IMG/VR virus record: IMGVR_UViG_3300032122_000001
Coordinates: 1 to 50,922 of that record
Strand: one strand, 5' to 3'
Origin: a virus
Lineage: Duplodnaviria; Caudoviricetes
DNA length: 50,922 nucleotides
A program made the translations under genes and the position numbers. The notes beneath the pieces are model-generated. The model was not told the DNA's origin and made no database searches. It saw only the letters and a list, made by a program, of their open reading frames with translations. Position 1 is the first letter of the stretch; each line of letters begins with the position of its first letter. Below, in pieces: positions 1-7,735 of this stretch.

Positions 1-54
1 CCGGTGGCGTGGATGTGTCCGGGAGCCTTAAAGGCTGTGGTTGTGTGCGGGTGG

Positions 55-83
55 TTGCGGGTTTGTATGTGTGGGGGTATTGT
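55..83 (+). promoter_or_regulatory. sigma70-type promoter, probably a leaderless transcript
   Basis: TTGCGG-17 nt-TATTGT, 6 nt before the GTG at 90. Confidence 0.45.
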
Positions 84-89
84 TGATGA

Positions 90-440
90 GTGACCATCGA
101 CAGAGTTGACATGACCACTGGGGAGGCGGTGCTGCTTCTCGCTGCCAAGCAGAAGAGGTTGCGTCGTTTCGTTTACCGTTCGGGCGAAGATCACACTGAT
201 GCGGTGATCTCTGCCGGGTTTGGTGGTGGGGGTAAGGCGAATCCGAAGATGCTGGCTCATCTGGTTGAGCAGGAGTGGCTGATTGAGCCGGTGATGGTTC
301 CCGGTGAGGTGGAGGGTTGCTGGACGGTGACTGATGCGGGCTGGGGGGCTCGTGCTGCTTTTTTGGCTAATCCGAAGAGGTCTAATGCTGTCCGGTATGG
401 GCGTAGGGTTGTGAAGCCGGAGGGTAGTGATGGAGTCTGA
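90..440 (+). CDS. hypothetical protein (possible winged helix)
   Basis: 116-aa ORF, first of an overlapping gene run. Confidence 0.6.
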   Translation: MTIDRVDMTTGEAVLLLAAKQKRLRRFVYRSGEDHTDAVISAGFGGGGKANPKMLAHLVEQEWLIEPVMVPGEVEGCWTVTDAGWGARAAFLANPKRSNAVRYGRRVVKPEGSDGV

Positions 441-750
441 TCGGGAAGATCACGGCTTTGAATGTGAGTGTGCTATGCATGCCGCTTTGGCCGCTCTGAT
501 CGAGGCCACGGATGAGTTTCACGAGAGTGAGGCTGATTTGGGTCGTCAGGTGGCGAAGCTGGAACGGAAGCTGGTGGTCCAGAGGCGGGAGCTTGCTTTG
601 CGTACGGAGACGTTGCGGTCGGTGTTCGCCTGCCTCGATGTTATGGCTGTCTATTATGTCTCGTTTGATGACGTGGAGGGCCAGGTTGAGCGGAGGGCTG
701 CTGTTGAGCGTCTTACCGAGCTTCGCGCTAAGTGGGGGGAGGTGTTGTAG
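427..750 (+). CDS. hypothetical coiled-coil protein
   Basis: ORF with upstream GGAGG, overlaps both neighbours. Confidence 0.6.
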   Translation: MMESDREDHGFECECAMHAALAALIEATDEFHESEADLGRQVAKLERKLVVQRRELALRTETLRSVFACLDVMAVYYVSFDDVEGQVERRAAVERLTELRAKWGEVL

Positions 751-1208
751 TGGCTTTTCAGTGTCGCCGGTGTCCTCGGATGATCATTGCGGATGAGACT
801 GCGCATATTGTGCGTGGTGTGTTCGTTTGTGGTGATTGTTTGGGTGAGGGGGAGGTTGGGTATCGGGATGGGGTTGAGGTTTCGGAGTTGCCGGTGGCGG
901 TTCCGGGTGACGATATTCCTGTGATTACTAAGCGTGGGTTGCGGTTGCTGGATCTGGCTGATCTTGGTGATGTGACTCGGGTGAGTAATCAGGTGAGTGC
1001 GTATGACAGGTTGACGGGGTCGGCTACCAACTCGAAGGGGTTGATAGATGATCTTCGCAGGTTGAAGCTTGTCCGCTGGGAACGCAAACCACTCACCGGT
1101 TACCGTGACGACAAGAAGATGTATATTTTGCGGCTGACGCCGCTGGGTATGCGTGTGCGAGACTTCTACACTCATGCACCGACCATGTTGAAGGCGAGAC
1201 TGAACTGA
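750..1208 (+). CDS. Zn-ribbon plus winged-helix-like protein
   Basis: CxxC...CxxC at N-terminus, LRLTPLG wing-like motif; GTG start coupled to the upstream stop, with GGAGG RBS. Confidence 0.6.
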   Translation: MAFQCRRCPRMIIADETAHIVRGVFVCGDCLGEGEVGYRDGVEVSELPVAVPGDDIPVITKRGLRLLDLADLGDVTRVSNQVSAYDRLTGSATNSKGLIDDLRRLKLVRWERKPLTGYRDDKKMYILRLTPLGMRVRDFYTHAPTMLKARLN

Positions 1209-1517
1209 ATGGCCGATAAGAGCAGGGTGCCCGAGTATCAGGTCAAGCGGGTTCTCTACTACTCGCAGCCCGATAAGAGCCGGGTTGTCAGGTCCTCCAG
1301 TAGGTATTGGTTCTTGAAGCTCGGCACGGATGCCACGTTCGGTATGCGGTGTGATCGTGCTGTCCGTGAGGCTGTTGCTCGTGGGTGGTGTTACATCGAT
1401 ACCGCTACGGATTATCTGCGGCCGACTGACGTGGGTCAGAAGTTGATAGACGCCGATCAGGATATTGAAAATTCAACTGTGGTGTGGCGGAAGGTTCCGA
1501 TTCAACCGAACGGCTGA
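1209..1517 (+). CDS. hypothetical protein
   Basis: 102-aa ORF abutting the previous gene. Confidence 0.6.
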   Translation: MADKSRVPEYQVKRVLYYSQPDKSRVVRSSSRYWFLKLGTDATFGMRCDRAVREAVARGWCYIDTATDYLRPTDVGQKLIDADQDIENSTVVWRKVPIQPNG

Positions 1518-1556
1518 TTGTTGCCATGGAAATAACAGGCTAGGGTTTAGGTGTAC

Positions 1557-1621
1557 GGCAGGGCACAGCAAGGTGCGGCTAGGCAAGGCGAGGCGAGGTG
1601 CGGCACCGTACGGCACGGTTA
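1557..1621 (+). repeat. leader tract of 13 GGY-NN pentamers (putative guide RNA or autoregulatory site)
   Basis: GGCAG GGCAC AGCAA GGTGC GGCTA GGCAA GGCGA GGCGA GGTGC GGCAC CGTAC GGCAC GGTTA; candidate promoter TTGTTG-17-TAGGGT at 1518-1546. Confidence 0.85.
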
Positions 1622-1643
1622 TCGTAAAACGAAGGGGAGATAG

Positions 1644-2237
1644 ATGATTGTCAAGTTGGTTGCTAAGGGGACACGTCCGCTGCTGATGAGCAATGTTCGG
1701 ATGGCGTCTCCGATGGATCCTTACGCTAAGGAGCTTGCTCGGCTGAACAAGCAGAAGGCCAGTTCGAAGCGCACGGATGAGGATCGGCTGGAGATCGCTC
1801 GCGTTGAGTGGGAGGGTGGCCTGTACTTCGATGAGGAGTTGGGGCCCTGTGTTCCTGCTTCGTGGATTTTCAAGACTATTCTGGAGGCTGCCCGGTTGGG
1901 GCGGCGCGGCCCGAAGATCGAGAACGGTATTGCCGTTGTGGACATGATGCATCCTCTGATCTATCGCGGTCCTCGCGATTTGGAGGGTTTGTGGGGTGAT
2001 GGCGGTTCCAGTGGGCATGTCGATATCCGTAGCGTGCGTGTGAGCCAGGCGCGTGTTGATCGGTGCCGTCCTATCTTCAAGACCTGGGCTTTCGAGGCTG
2101 ATCTTCTTGTTGATCCGAACATTATTGATGTTGCGGAGTTGCGGGAGATCGCTATCCTGGCGGGTCGGTTGAAGGGGATTGGCGATTACCGTCAGCAGTT
2201 CGGGCGCTTCGAGGCCGAGATTGAGGCTTCTTCCTGA
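1644..2237 (+). CDS. solo RAMP/Cas7-like RNA-binding protein (Vipr-like effector)
   Basis: 197 aa; N-terminal beta strand plus G-x-x-PLLM, central P-x-x-W-I-x-K-x-I helix, C-terminal Gly-rich loop AG-x3-GIGDYR-x2-FGRF typical of RAMP folds; flanked by GGY-NN tracts. Confidence 0.75.
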   Translation: MIVKLVAKGTRPLLMSNVRMASPMDPYAKELARLNKQKASSKRTDEDRLEIARVEWEGGLYFDEELGPCVPASWIFKTILEAARLGRRGPKIENGIAVVDMMHPLIYRGPRDLEGLWGDGGSSGHVDIRSVRVSQARVDRCRPIFKTWAFEADLLVDPNIIDVAELREIAILAGRLKGIGDYRQQFGRFEAEIEASS

Positions 2238-2240
2238 CAT

Positions 2241-3015
2241 TGTGCGGTGCGGTTTGGTGAGGTCAGGCACGGCAAGGTCGGGCCAGGTTAGGCGTGGCTA
2301 GGTTAGGCAAGGGATGGTTGGGTGTCTGGTTGGCAGCTTGCGGGGTTCGATTCCCCGGCATCCGCTCCGGTTAGGCAGGGCAGGGCATGGCAGGGCAACG
2401 CTCGGTTTGGTGCGGTTTGGTGCGGTTGGGTGTTTGATTAGGCAGCTTGCGGGGTTCGAGTCTCCGGCATCCGCTACGGTTCGGTGGTCTCGGCACGGTT
2501 GGGTCTGGTGGGGCATGGTTAGGCGAGGTTGGGCGAGGCCAGGTGAGGTTAGGCAAGGGATGGTTGGGTGTCTGGTTGGCAGCTTGCGGAGTTCGAGTCT
2601 CCGGCACCCGCTGCGGTTAGGTGCGGCTCGGCAAGGTTTGGTGTGGTTAGGTTGGGCGAGGCCAGGTGAGGTTAGGCAAGGTTGGGTGTCTGGTTGGCAG
2701 CTTGCGGAGTTCGAGTCTCCGGCACCCGCTGCGGTACGGTGAGGCATGGCACGGTTTGGTGAGGTCAGGTTGGGCGGGGTCAGGTTTGGTGCGGTTGGGT
2801 GTCTGGTTGGCAGCTTGCGGGGTTCGATTCCCCGGCATCCGCTGTGGTTGGGTGGGGTACGGCATTGCGCGGTGAGGCGGGGCATGGTCCGGTTCGGGTT
2901 TGGTTGGGTGTCTGATTAGGCAGCTTGCGGGGTTCGATTCCCCGGCATCCGCTATGGCTGGGTACGGTACAGCATGGCGTGGCTAGGCGCGGTTAGGTAC
3001 GGTGCGGCAAGGTTC
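2241..3015 (+). ncRNA. VIPR-like guide array: seven GGY-NN tracts separated by six conserved ~51-nt tRNA-like repeats
   Basis: Near-perfect 5-nt periodicity. Repeats GGTTGGGTGTYTGRTT(A)GGCAGCTTGCGGRGTTCGAKTCYCCGGCAYCCGCT at 2316-2366, 2424-2475, 2562-2612, 2680-2730, 2793-2843 and 2902-2953. Confidence 0.9.
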
Positions 3016-3053
3016 CAGGGTTATAATGAGTTCAGTTGATGAAGGGAGGCTGG

Positions 3054-3620
3054 GTGTTCCAGTCTAAGGGTTCGGAGCCTCAGTGGAAGAGGATCTATGA
3101 TCATCTGAAGCTTCAGAGCATCGGTTACACGCTCACCCATGAGAAGCTGAAGGATCTTTCCGAAGGGGTCGCCCCCACCAGTGTTCATTCGAACCTGTAC
3201 CGGGCGATGCGGGAGCTGGAGAACGAGAACCAGCGCACGCTGATCAACGTTCGTGGTGTCGGGTACCGGATTGCTGAGCCTCGTGAGCACGAGAATCTTG
3301 CTCGCGGCAAGCACAAGGCGGCTCGGCGGCGTATCCGCGACGCGCAGCGTAAGGTCGCGTCGGCTGATCGTTCGCTGCTGACTGATGATGAGCTTCGTCG
3401 CCTCAACGCGATCGAGCATCACCTTGCCCGTCATGCTTCGATGCTGAAGCAGCTTGACGACAAGCAGCGGCGTACCGAGGAGCGGGTCGAGAGGACTGCT
3501 GAGCGTGTAGCGTACGCGGAGAAGAAGCAGCTTCAGGTTGAGGATCGGGTTGACCGCATGGAAGCGGCACTGCGCAAGCTGGGCATGTGGGATGATGACG
3601 ATTCCGGGTCTGGCCTGTAA
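3054..3620 (+). CDS. winged-helix DNA-binding protein with C-terminal coiled coil
   Basis: INVRGVGYRI resembles the OmpR/PhoB wing motif; GGGAGG RBS before GTG 3054; TATAAT at 3022-3027. Confidence 0.7.
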   Translation: MFQSKGSEPQWKRIYDHLKLQSIGYTLTHEKLKDLSEGVAPTSVHSNLYRAMRELENENQRTLINVRGVGYRIAEPREHENLARGKHKAARRRIRDAQRKVASADRSLLTDDELRRLNAIEHHLARHASMLKQLDDKQRRTEERVERTAERVAYAEKKQLQVEDRVDRMEAALRKLGMWDDDDSGSGL

Positions 3621-3640
3621 TCGTTGATGGTGAGGAGTTA

Positions 3641-3865
3641 ATGGTGGAAGCGAATTTGCCGTCAGATGTACAGAATCTGATGTTGCTTCGTGAGATGGTT
3701 CGGGAGGCCCGTGAGTCGGGGTCCTGGATTGTCGATAAGTTGCCTGAGGCTCCCATCGACGTGCCGGGTGTTGACGATAAGAACAACCGGTTTGACTGGT
3801 ATCAGGTTACTGATGCTGAGGGCCGGGTTGGTTATCTTCATGCACCTAAGGGTGTGCAGTTGTAG
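3641..3865 (+). CDS. hypothetical protein
   Basis: 74-aa ORF with GAGGAG RBS. Confidence 0.6.
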   Translation: MVEANLPSDVQNLMLLREMVREARESGSWIVDKLPEAPIDVPGVDDKNNRFDWYQVTDAEGRVGYLHAPKGVQL

Positions 3866-3880
3866 GTGTTTCAGTTAGCG

Positions 3881-3918
3881 ACAGATACCCGTTACCTGTT
3901 ATGGTGGCGGGTATCTGT
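3881..3918. terminator. inverted repeat (terminator or operator)
   Basis: ACAGATACCCG...CGGGTATCTGT. Confidence 0.5.
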
Positions 3919-3932
3919 TATTGGAGGTTGAG

Positions 3933-4163
3933 ATGTCCGAGGCTCAGGTCGGTCCGAAGTACCGGCAGATTTACCGGGATTTGAAACGTCAGATCGACGC
4001 GGGGGAGCTGGCGGTGGGCGACAAGATTCCTTCCACGGCGCAGCTGTGCTTGGCGTACGGCTGTTCGGCAACTTCGGTCAACATGGCGATCATGCTTCTT
4101 GACAGTGAGGGCTACCTGCATGGCGTACCCGGCCTTGGCAGGTTTGTGAAATCCGACGAGTAG
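3933..4163 (+). CDS. GntR-family HTH regulator (DNA-binding domain only)
   Basis: Y.QI...L...I..GEL..GDKIPS...L...YG.S..SV..A...L..EG.L...PG.G.FV. Confidence 0.9.
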   Translation: MSEAQVGPKYRQIYRDLKRQIDAGELAVGDKIPSTAQLCLAYGCSATSVNMAIMLLDSEGYLHGVPGLGRFVKSDE

Positions 4164-4214
4164 ATCACCGGCTGGCGGTGATCGGTGGTAGAGTTCCCGA
4201 CGCCGGGAAAAGTT

Positions 4215-4245
4215 GAAGGCCCGCAGCTAGTAACTACGGGCCTTC
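4215..4245 (+). terminator. stem-loop
   Basis: GAAGGCCCG...CGGGCCTTC. Confidence 0.45.
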
Positions 4246-4343
4246 GATGTTTCTACCGGCACCCTCAGCATCCTCATTCATCATCATCATCAGCAGCTGA
4301 GGTGGCCTAAAGGGAAGTTCACATTCGAGGGGAACGATAGCAG

Positions 4344-6902
4344 ATGCTGAAGCTGTTTGACGAGTCTCAGGTCCGGGCATGGATGAGCTGCCTCTATGAC
4401 GGAACGCGCGGATTCGTCAACGTTTGTTCGACAGGCAACTGGTCTGGAAAGAACTTCCGGGACATTGACCAGGCAGTTTCCTACATCAGCCTCCTCGATA
4501 AGCGTAACCCTCAGGGCATCTACGCCCGCGCCACCACGCTTCGGACTCTCCCCGCAGAAGACCGCAGGGGTGGCATAGATCACACTGGCGAGTTTCTGGG
4601 GTTCTGGGCCGATCTCGACATTGCCGGTCCCGGCCACAAGACCAAAAACATTCTCCCCGCCAGCGTAGAAGACTGCCTGGCCATCGTCGAAGCATCCGGG
4701 CTGCCTGCGCCTACCGAATGGGTCCACAGCGGCGGCGGCATGTACCCCTGGTGGCTCCTAACCGAACCGCACGTGCCGCACAGCATCCAGGAAATGGAAC
4801 GGCTGTCAGCGGACTGGCAGCGCCTCATCGGTCTCGCATCCGAGAAGCTGGGATTCAGCTACGGTGCAGGTGTCGGGGACCTAGCCCGCGTGCTACGCAT
4901 ACCCGGCACCGTCAACCGTAAGGTTGAAGATCAGCCGACGCTGTGTCAGTGGCGTACGGATCTTTCGACGTCGCAGCCGTACGACTTGGACCGGCTCACC
5001 GTCGACCTTCATGCGGGCCTGAAGCGGCTAGAGAAGCCGCCCCCCGTCATAGCACCCGGGTTCACCCCATCGGCACTCAGCGTGCCAGGGAACCGGCCCG
5101 GCGACGCCTTCAACGCGGCAACCACCTGGCCGCAGCTCCTAGAAGCTGATGGTGCCACCGTGTTCAGTAGCCGTGGCCTCGGGTACGCGGAATGGACCCG
5201 CCCCGGCAAAGACAAACGCGAGGGCTCTTCCGCCACGACCGGGCATAAGGGTAGCGACGTTTTGAAGGTGTTCACCGACTCGTGGCCGGGTTTGACGCAG
5301 GGTGAAACCTATGACCGTTTCGGCTACTATGCGGCGACCCAGCACAACGGCAACATTCGTGAGGCCACGAAGGCTTTGGCTGCCCTGGGTTACGGGGAGA
5401 AGCTGACCCAGCCGGTACCTGAATGGCGTCCCGATTTGAGTCGGCCAGCAGCGGAGACTCAGGTCGAGGTGCCGAAGGGAAAACCTACCTTCTCTTACAC
5501 CGAGTCAGGTTTGGCTGACCGGATGCAGGCACGCCACGGCGACAGGTGGCGCTTCGTCGCTACCCGGCAACGGTTCGGGTGGCTGCATTGGAACGGCCAT
5601 GTGTGGGAGGTCGACAAGCGTGGTTCCGTAACGGATCTGATTGACCGGATCGCTCAGGAGGAGTATGCGAAGGCTGCCGACTTGGAGGATGGTACGCCCG
5701 AGGGGTTGAAGGAGGCCGACAAGATGCGGTCTTCGTTGAAGGGCCTTCTGAGTAACTCTAAGCAGCTTGGTGCTACCAGTATTTTTGCCCGGCGTCCTGG
5801 CGTAGGGCTGAATCCCGAAGATCTTGACTGGCATGGTTCGAAGATCACCACCGACAACGGTGTCCTCGACCTGGACACCCTCGAATTCAGTGACTTCGAT
5901 CCGAAGCTTCTGGCCACCAAGAAACTGAACGTATCCTACAAACCAGACGAAACCGCCCCGAGGTGGCAGAAGTTCCTGGAAGAGGTCATCCCTGACCCGG
6001 CGATGCGTGACTACTTTCAGCGGGCTGTCGGCTACACGATTCTCGGCGACCCGGTACGCAAAGCGATCTTCATGCTTCACGGCCCAAGCCACACCGGCAA
6101 GTCGCAGGTCATCAACGTCCTAACCGGCATCTTCGGTGGTTTCGCTGAGAGCGCCAAGGAGCAGACGTTCCGGGTGACGGACTCAGCTAACGGTCCGACG
6201 CCGGGACTCCACAAGCTGCGCGGTGCGCGTCTGGTTACCGCGTCCGAGTCGACTGAAGGCGTACGCCTCGACGAGTCGTTGATCAAGCAGCTGACTGGCG
6301 GCGACTACATCAACTCGCGTCCCCTCTACGGTGATGAGGAGACTTGGCAGCCGAAGTTCACGATCTGGTTGGCTACGAACCATTTGCCGCAGTTCAAGTC
6401 CGATGATGGTGCTATCTGGCGGCGCGTGAAGCCTATCCACTTCGGTGTCGAATTCGGTAAAGACGGTCGCGGCGAGGTGTTCGATATCGGCCGTAAGCTG
6501 CTGGAGGAGGAAGGCCCAGGGATCTTGAACTGGATACTTCAGGGCGTCTGCAAGTACCGTGAGCATGGTCTCGATGAGCCTGAAGCGTTGACGAGCGGCG
6601 TGAAGGCGTACCGTGACGACTCCGACAATGTGGCCCGGTTCTTGAACCACGCCATGGAGGAGTCCGTGCTGGTTGAGGACGCTGATGGGGAGATCGAAGC
6701 GAACCAGCTGTACAACATGTTCACTGCCTGGTGCAACGATGAAGGGTTGCGGTTCACGATCAGCAAGAACCGGTTCGGGCGCCGGTTGACGTTCCTCGGG
6801 TACGTTCGCGGCCATGATGCGGCGAAGACTAAACGGGTTTGGCGTGGCCTGTCCGCTAGTGCTGAACGTTGGATGATCAGCGGGATGCCCTTGCGGGAGT
6901 GA
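4344..6902 (+). CDS. DNA primase-helicase (RepB/AEP-like primase plus P4/D5 SF3 helicase)
   Basis: WADLD, HSGGG, RVLRIPGTVN primase motifs; D5_N-like region; Walker A GPSHTGKS; IKQLTGGD, ATNHLP, WRR. Confidence 0.92.
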   Translation: MLKLFDESQVRAWMSCLYDGTRGFVNVCSTGNWSGKNFRDIDQAVSYISLLDKRNPQGIYARATTLRTLPAEDRRGGIDHTGEFLGFWADLDIAGPGHKTKNILPASVEDCLAIVEASGLPAPTEWVHSGGGMYPWWLLTEPHVPHSIQEMERLSADWQRLIGLASEKLGFSYGAGVGDLARVLRIPGTVNRKVEDQPTLCQWRTDLSTSQPYDLDRLTVDLHAGLKRLEKPPPVIAPGFTPSALSVPGNRPGDAFNAATTWPQLLEADGATVFSSRGLGYAEWTRPGKDKREGSSATTGHKGSDVLKVFTDSWPGLTQGETYDRFGYYAATQHNGNIREATKALAALGYGEKLTQPVPEWRPDLSRPAAETQVEVPKGKPTFSYTESGLADRMQARHGDRWRFVATRQRFGWLHWNGHVWEVDKRGSVTDLIDRIAQEEYAKAADLEDGTPEGLKEADKMRSSLKGLLSNSKQLGATSIFARRPGVGLNPEDLDWHGSKITTDNGVLDLDTLEFSDFDPKLLATKKLNVSYKPDETAPRWQKFLEEVIPDPAMRDYFQRAVGYTILGDPVRKAIFMLHGPSHTGKSQVINVLTGIFGGFAESAKEQTFRVTDSANGPTPGLHKLRGARLVTASESTEGVRLDESLIKQLTGGDYINSRPLYGDEETWQPKFTIWLATNHLPQFKSDDGAIWRRVKPIHFGVEFGKDGRGEVFDIGRKLLEEEGPGILNWILQGVCKYREHGLDEPEALTSGVKAYRDDSDNVARFLNHAMEESVLVEDADGEIEANQLYNMFTAWCNDEGLRFTISKNRFGRRLTFLGYVRGHDAAKTKRVWRGLSASAERWMISGMPLRE

Positions 6903-6976
6903 CGGCTCATGCTAGACTGGCTGTAAGCAGTTGATCCCGGAGTCCCGTACTCTTCGGTTCATCTTCTTCCCTTCAG

Positions 6977-7018
6977 GGGGAGCCCGTCTGCTGTAGAGCG
7001 GCGGGCTTTCCCGTTTTT
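6977..7018 (+). terminator. intrinsic terminator
   Basis: GC hairpin GGGAGCCCG...CGGGCTTTCCC followed by TTTTT, between convergent genes. Confidence 0.65.
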
Positions 7019-7184
7019 AGAGGACGAAGAATCTGAGCAGCCACCAGGCGACGAACATTAAGCCGGTTGTGCCCCAAATAACGGTTGTTATCTTGCTTTT
7101 CGCGTGTTCCATGGCGATACCCGAGATCATGATAGCTATCACGAGTATCGCCAGGAACATCGAGCGGTGGATGTGTTCATCCAT
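7017..7184 (-). CDS. small two-TM membrane protein (55 aa)
   Basis: MDEHIHRSMFLAILVIAIMISGIAMEHAKSKITTVIWGTTGLMFVAWWLLRFFVL; start overlaps the stop of the upstream gene. Confidence 0.55.
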   Translation of the reverse strand: MDEHIHRSMFLAILVIAIMISGIAMEHAKSKITTVIWGTTGLMFVAWWLLRFFVL

Positions 7185-7684
7185 TAAAAGGGTGCTTCTC
7201 CGCTGTCAAGCCACGGGTTGCTGTCACGCATCGAGTCCAGAGTCGTACGCTTCTGCTCATCTGGCGCATCGAACACGGGCGCCGGGTCGTTGAGGAACTC
7301 AGCCTCGTTCAGCCTCATCCATTCGGTGGCGGTGCTGACTGCCTTGGGGTTGTCGGTGAGGGTTTTGAACATGTATGGCGGCTTCTGGCCGGTCTTGCGC
7401 TGCCCGTAGTAGATGGTGCCGAGAAGGTTACGGTTCAGGCTGCCCTTGAAGGAGCCAACCAGGAATCCCTGCATGACCAGTACGCGGCGGTAGATCTTCC
7501 ACGGTTCGCCTTCTACTGGTTCCAGTAGGGCGAAGTTGGCGAAGACGGCTTCAGCACCTTCCGGCTTGTATTCGGTTTTCTGGTCGTTCTTGTATTCGAC
7601 CGGCCGGACGATGACAAGCTTGTTGAGGAAGGTTTCCATGCTGACGCGGTCGCCGAGGGGTGTTGCTACTGGTTCGTCGAACAT
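7184..7684 (-). CDS. putative ssDNA-binding protein
   Basis: OB-like beta pattern, acidic tail ending in APF, next to the exonuclease. Confidence 0.55.
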   Translation of the reverse strand: MFDEPVATPLGDRVSMETFLNKLVIVRPVEYKNDQKTEYKPEGAEAVFANFALLEPVEGEPWKIYRRVLVMQGFLVGSFKGSLNRNLLGTIYYGQRKTGQKPPYMFKTLTDNPKAVSTATEWMRLNEAEFLNDPAPVFDAPDEQKRTTLDSMRDSNPWLDSGEAPF

Positions 7685-7735
7685 GATGTTGCCTTTCGTT
7701 GATGATGACGTTGCCGCTGCTGTTGATGATGATGT

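Noticed and set aside
2613-2650. Tract 4 NN string GCTAGCTCAATTG resembles a tRNA D-arm
   Set aside because: Short partial match that does not extend; probably chance.
2298-2885. Several ORFs on both strands across the array
   Set aside because: Low-complexity translations of the pentamer repeat, with no RBS or protein-like composition.
2316-2953. Canonical CRISPR array or true tRNA genes
   Set aside because: Spacers are periodic GGY-NN rather than foreign sequence, and there is no cas1/cas2. The repeats have a T-arm but no anticodon arm.
2954-3015. Self-targeting of the 39.0-39.1 kb promoters by tract 7 (fragments TTGACAC, GTTAGCT, ACGCAATC)
   Set aside because: The fragments are short and not collinear. 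I could not confirm any in-window target by eye; this needs a computed gapped search.
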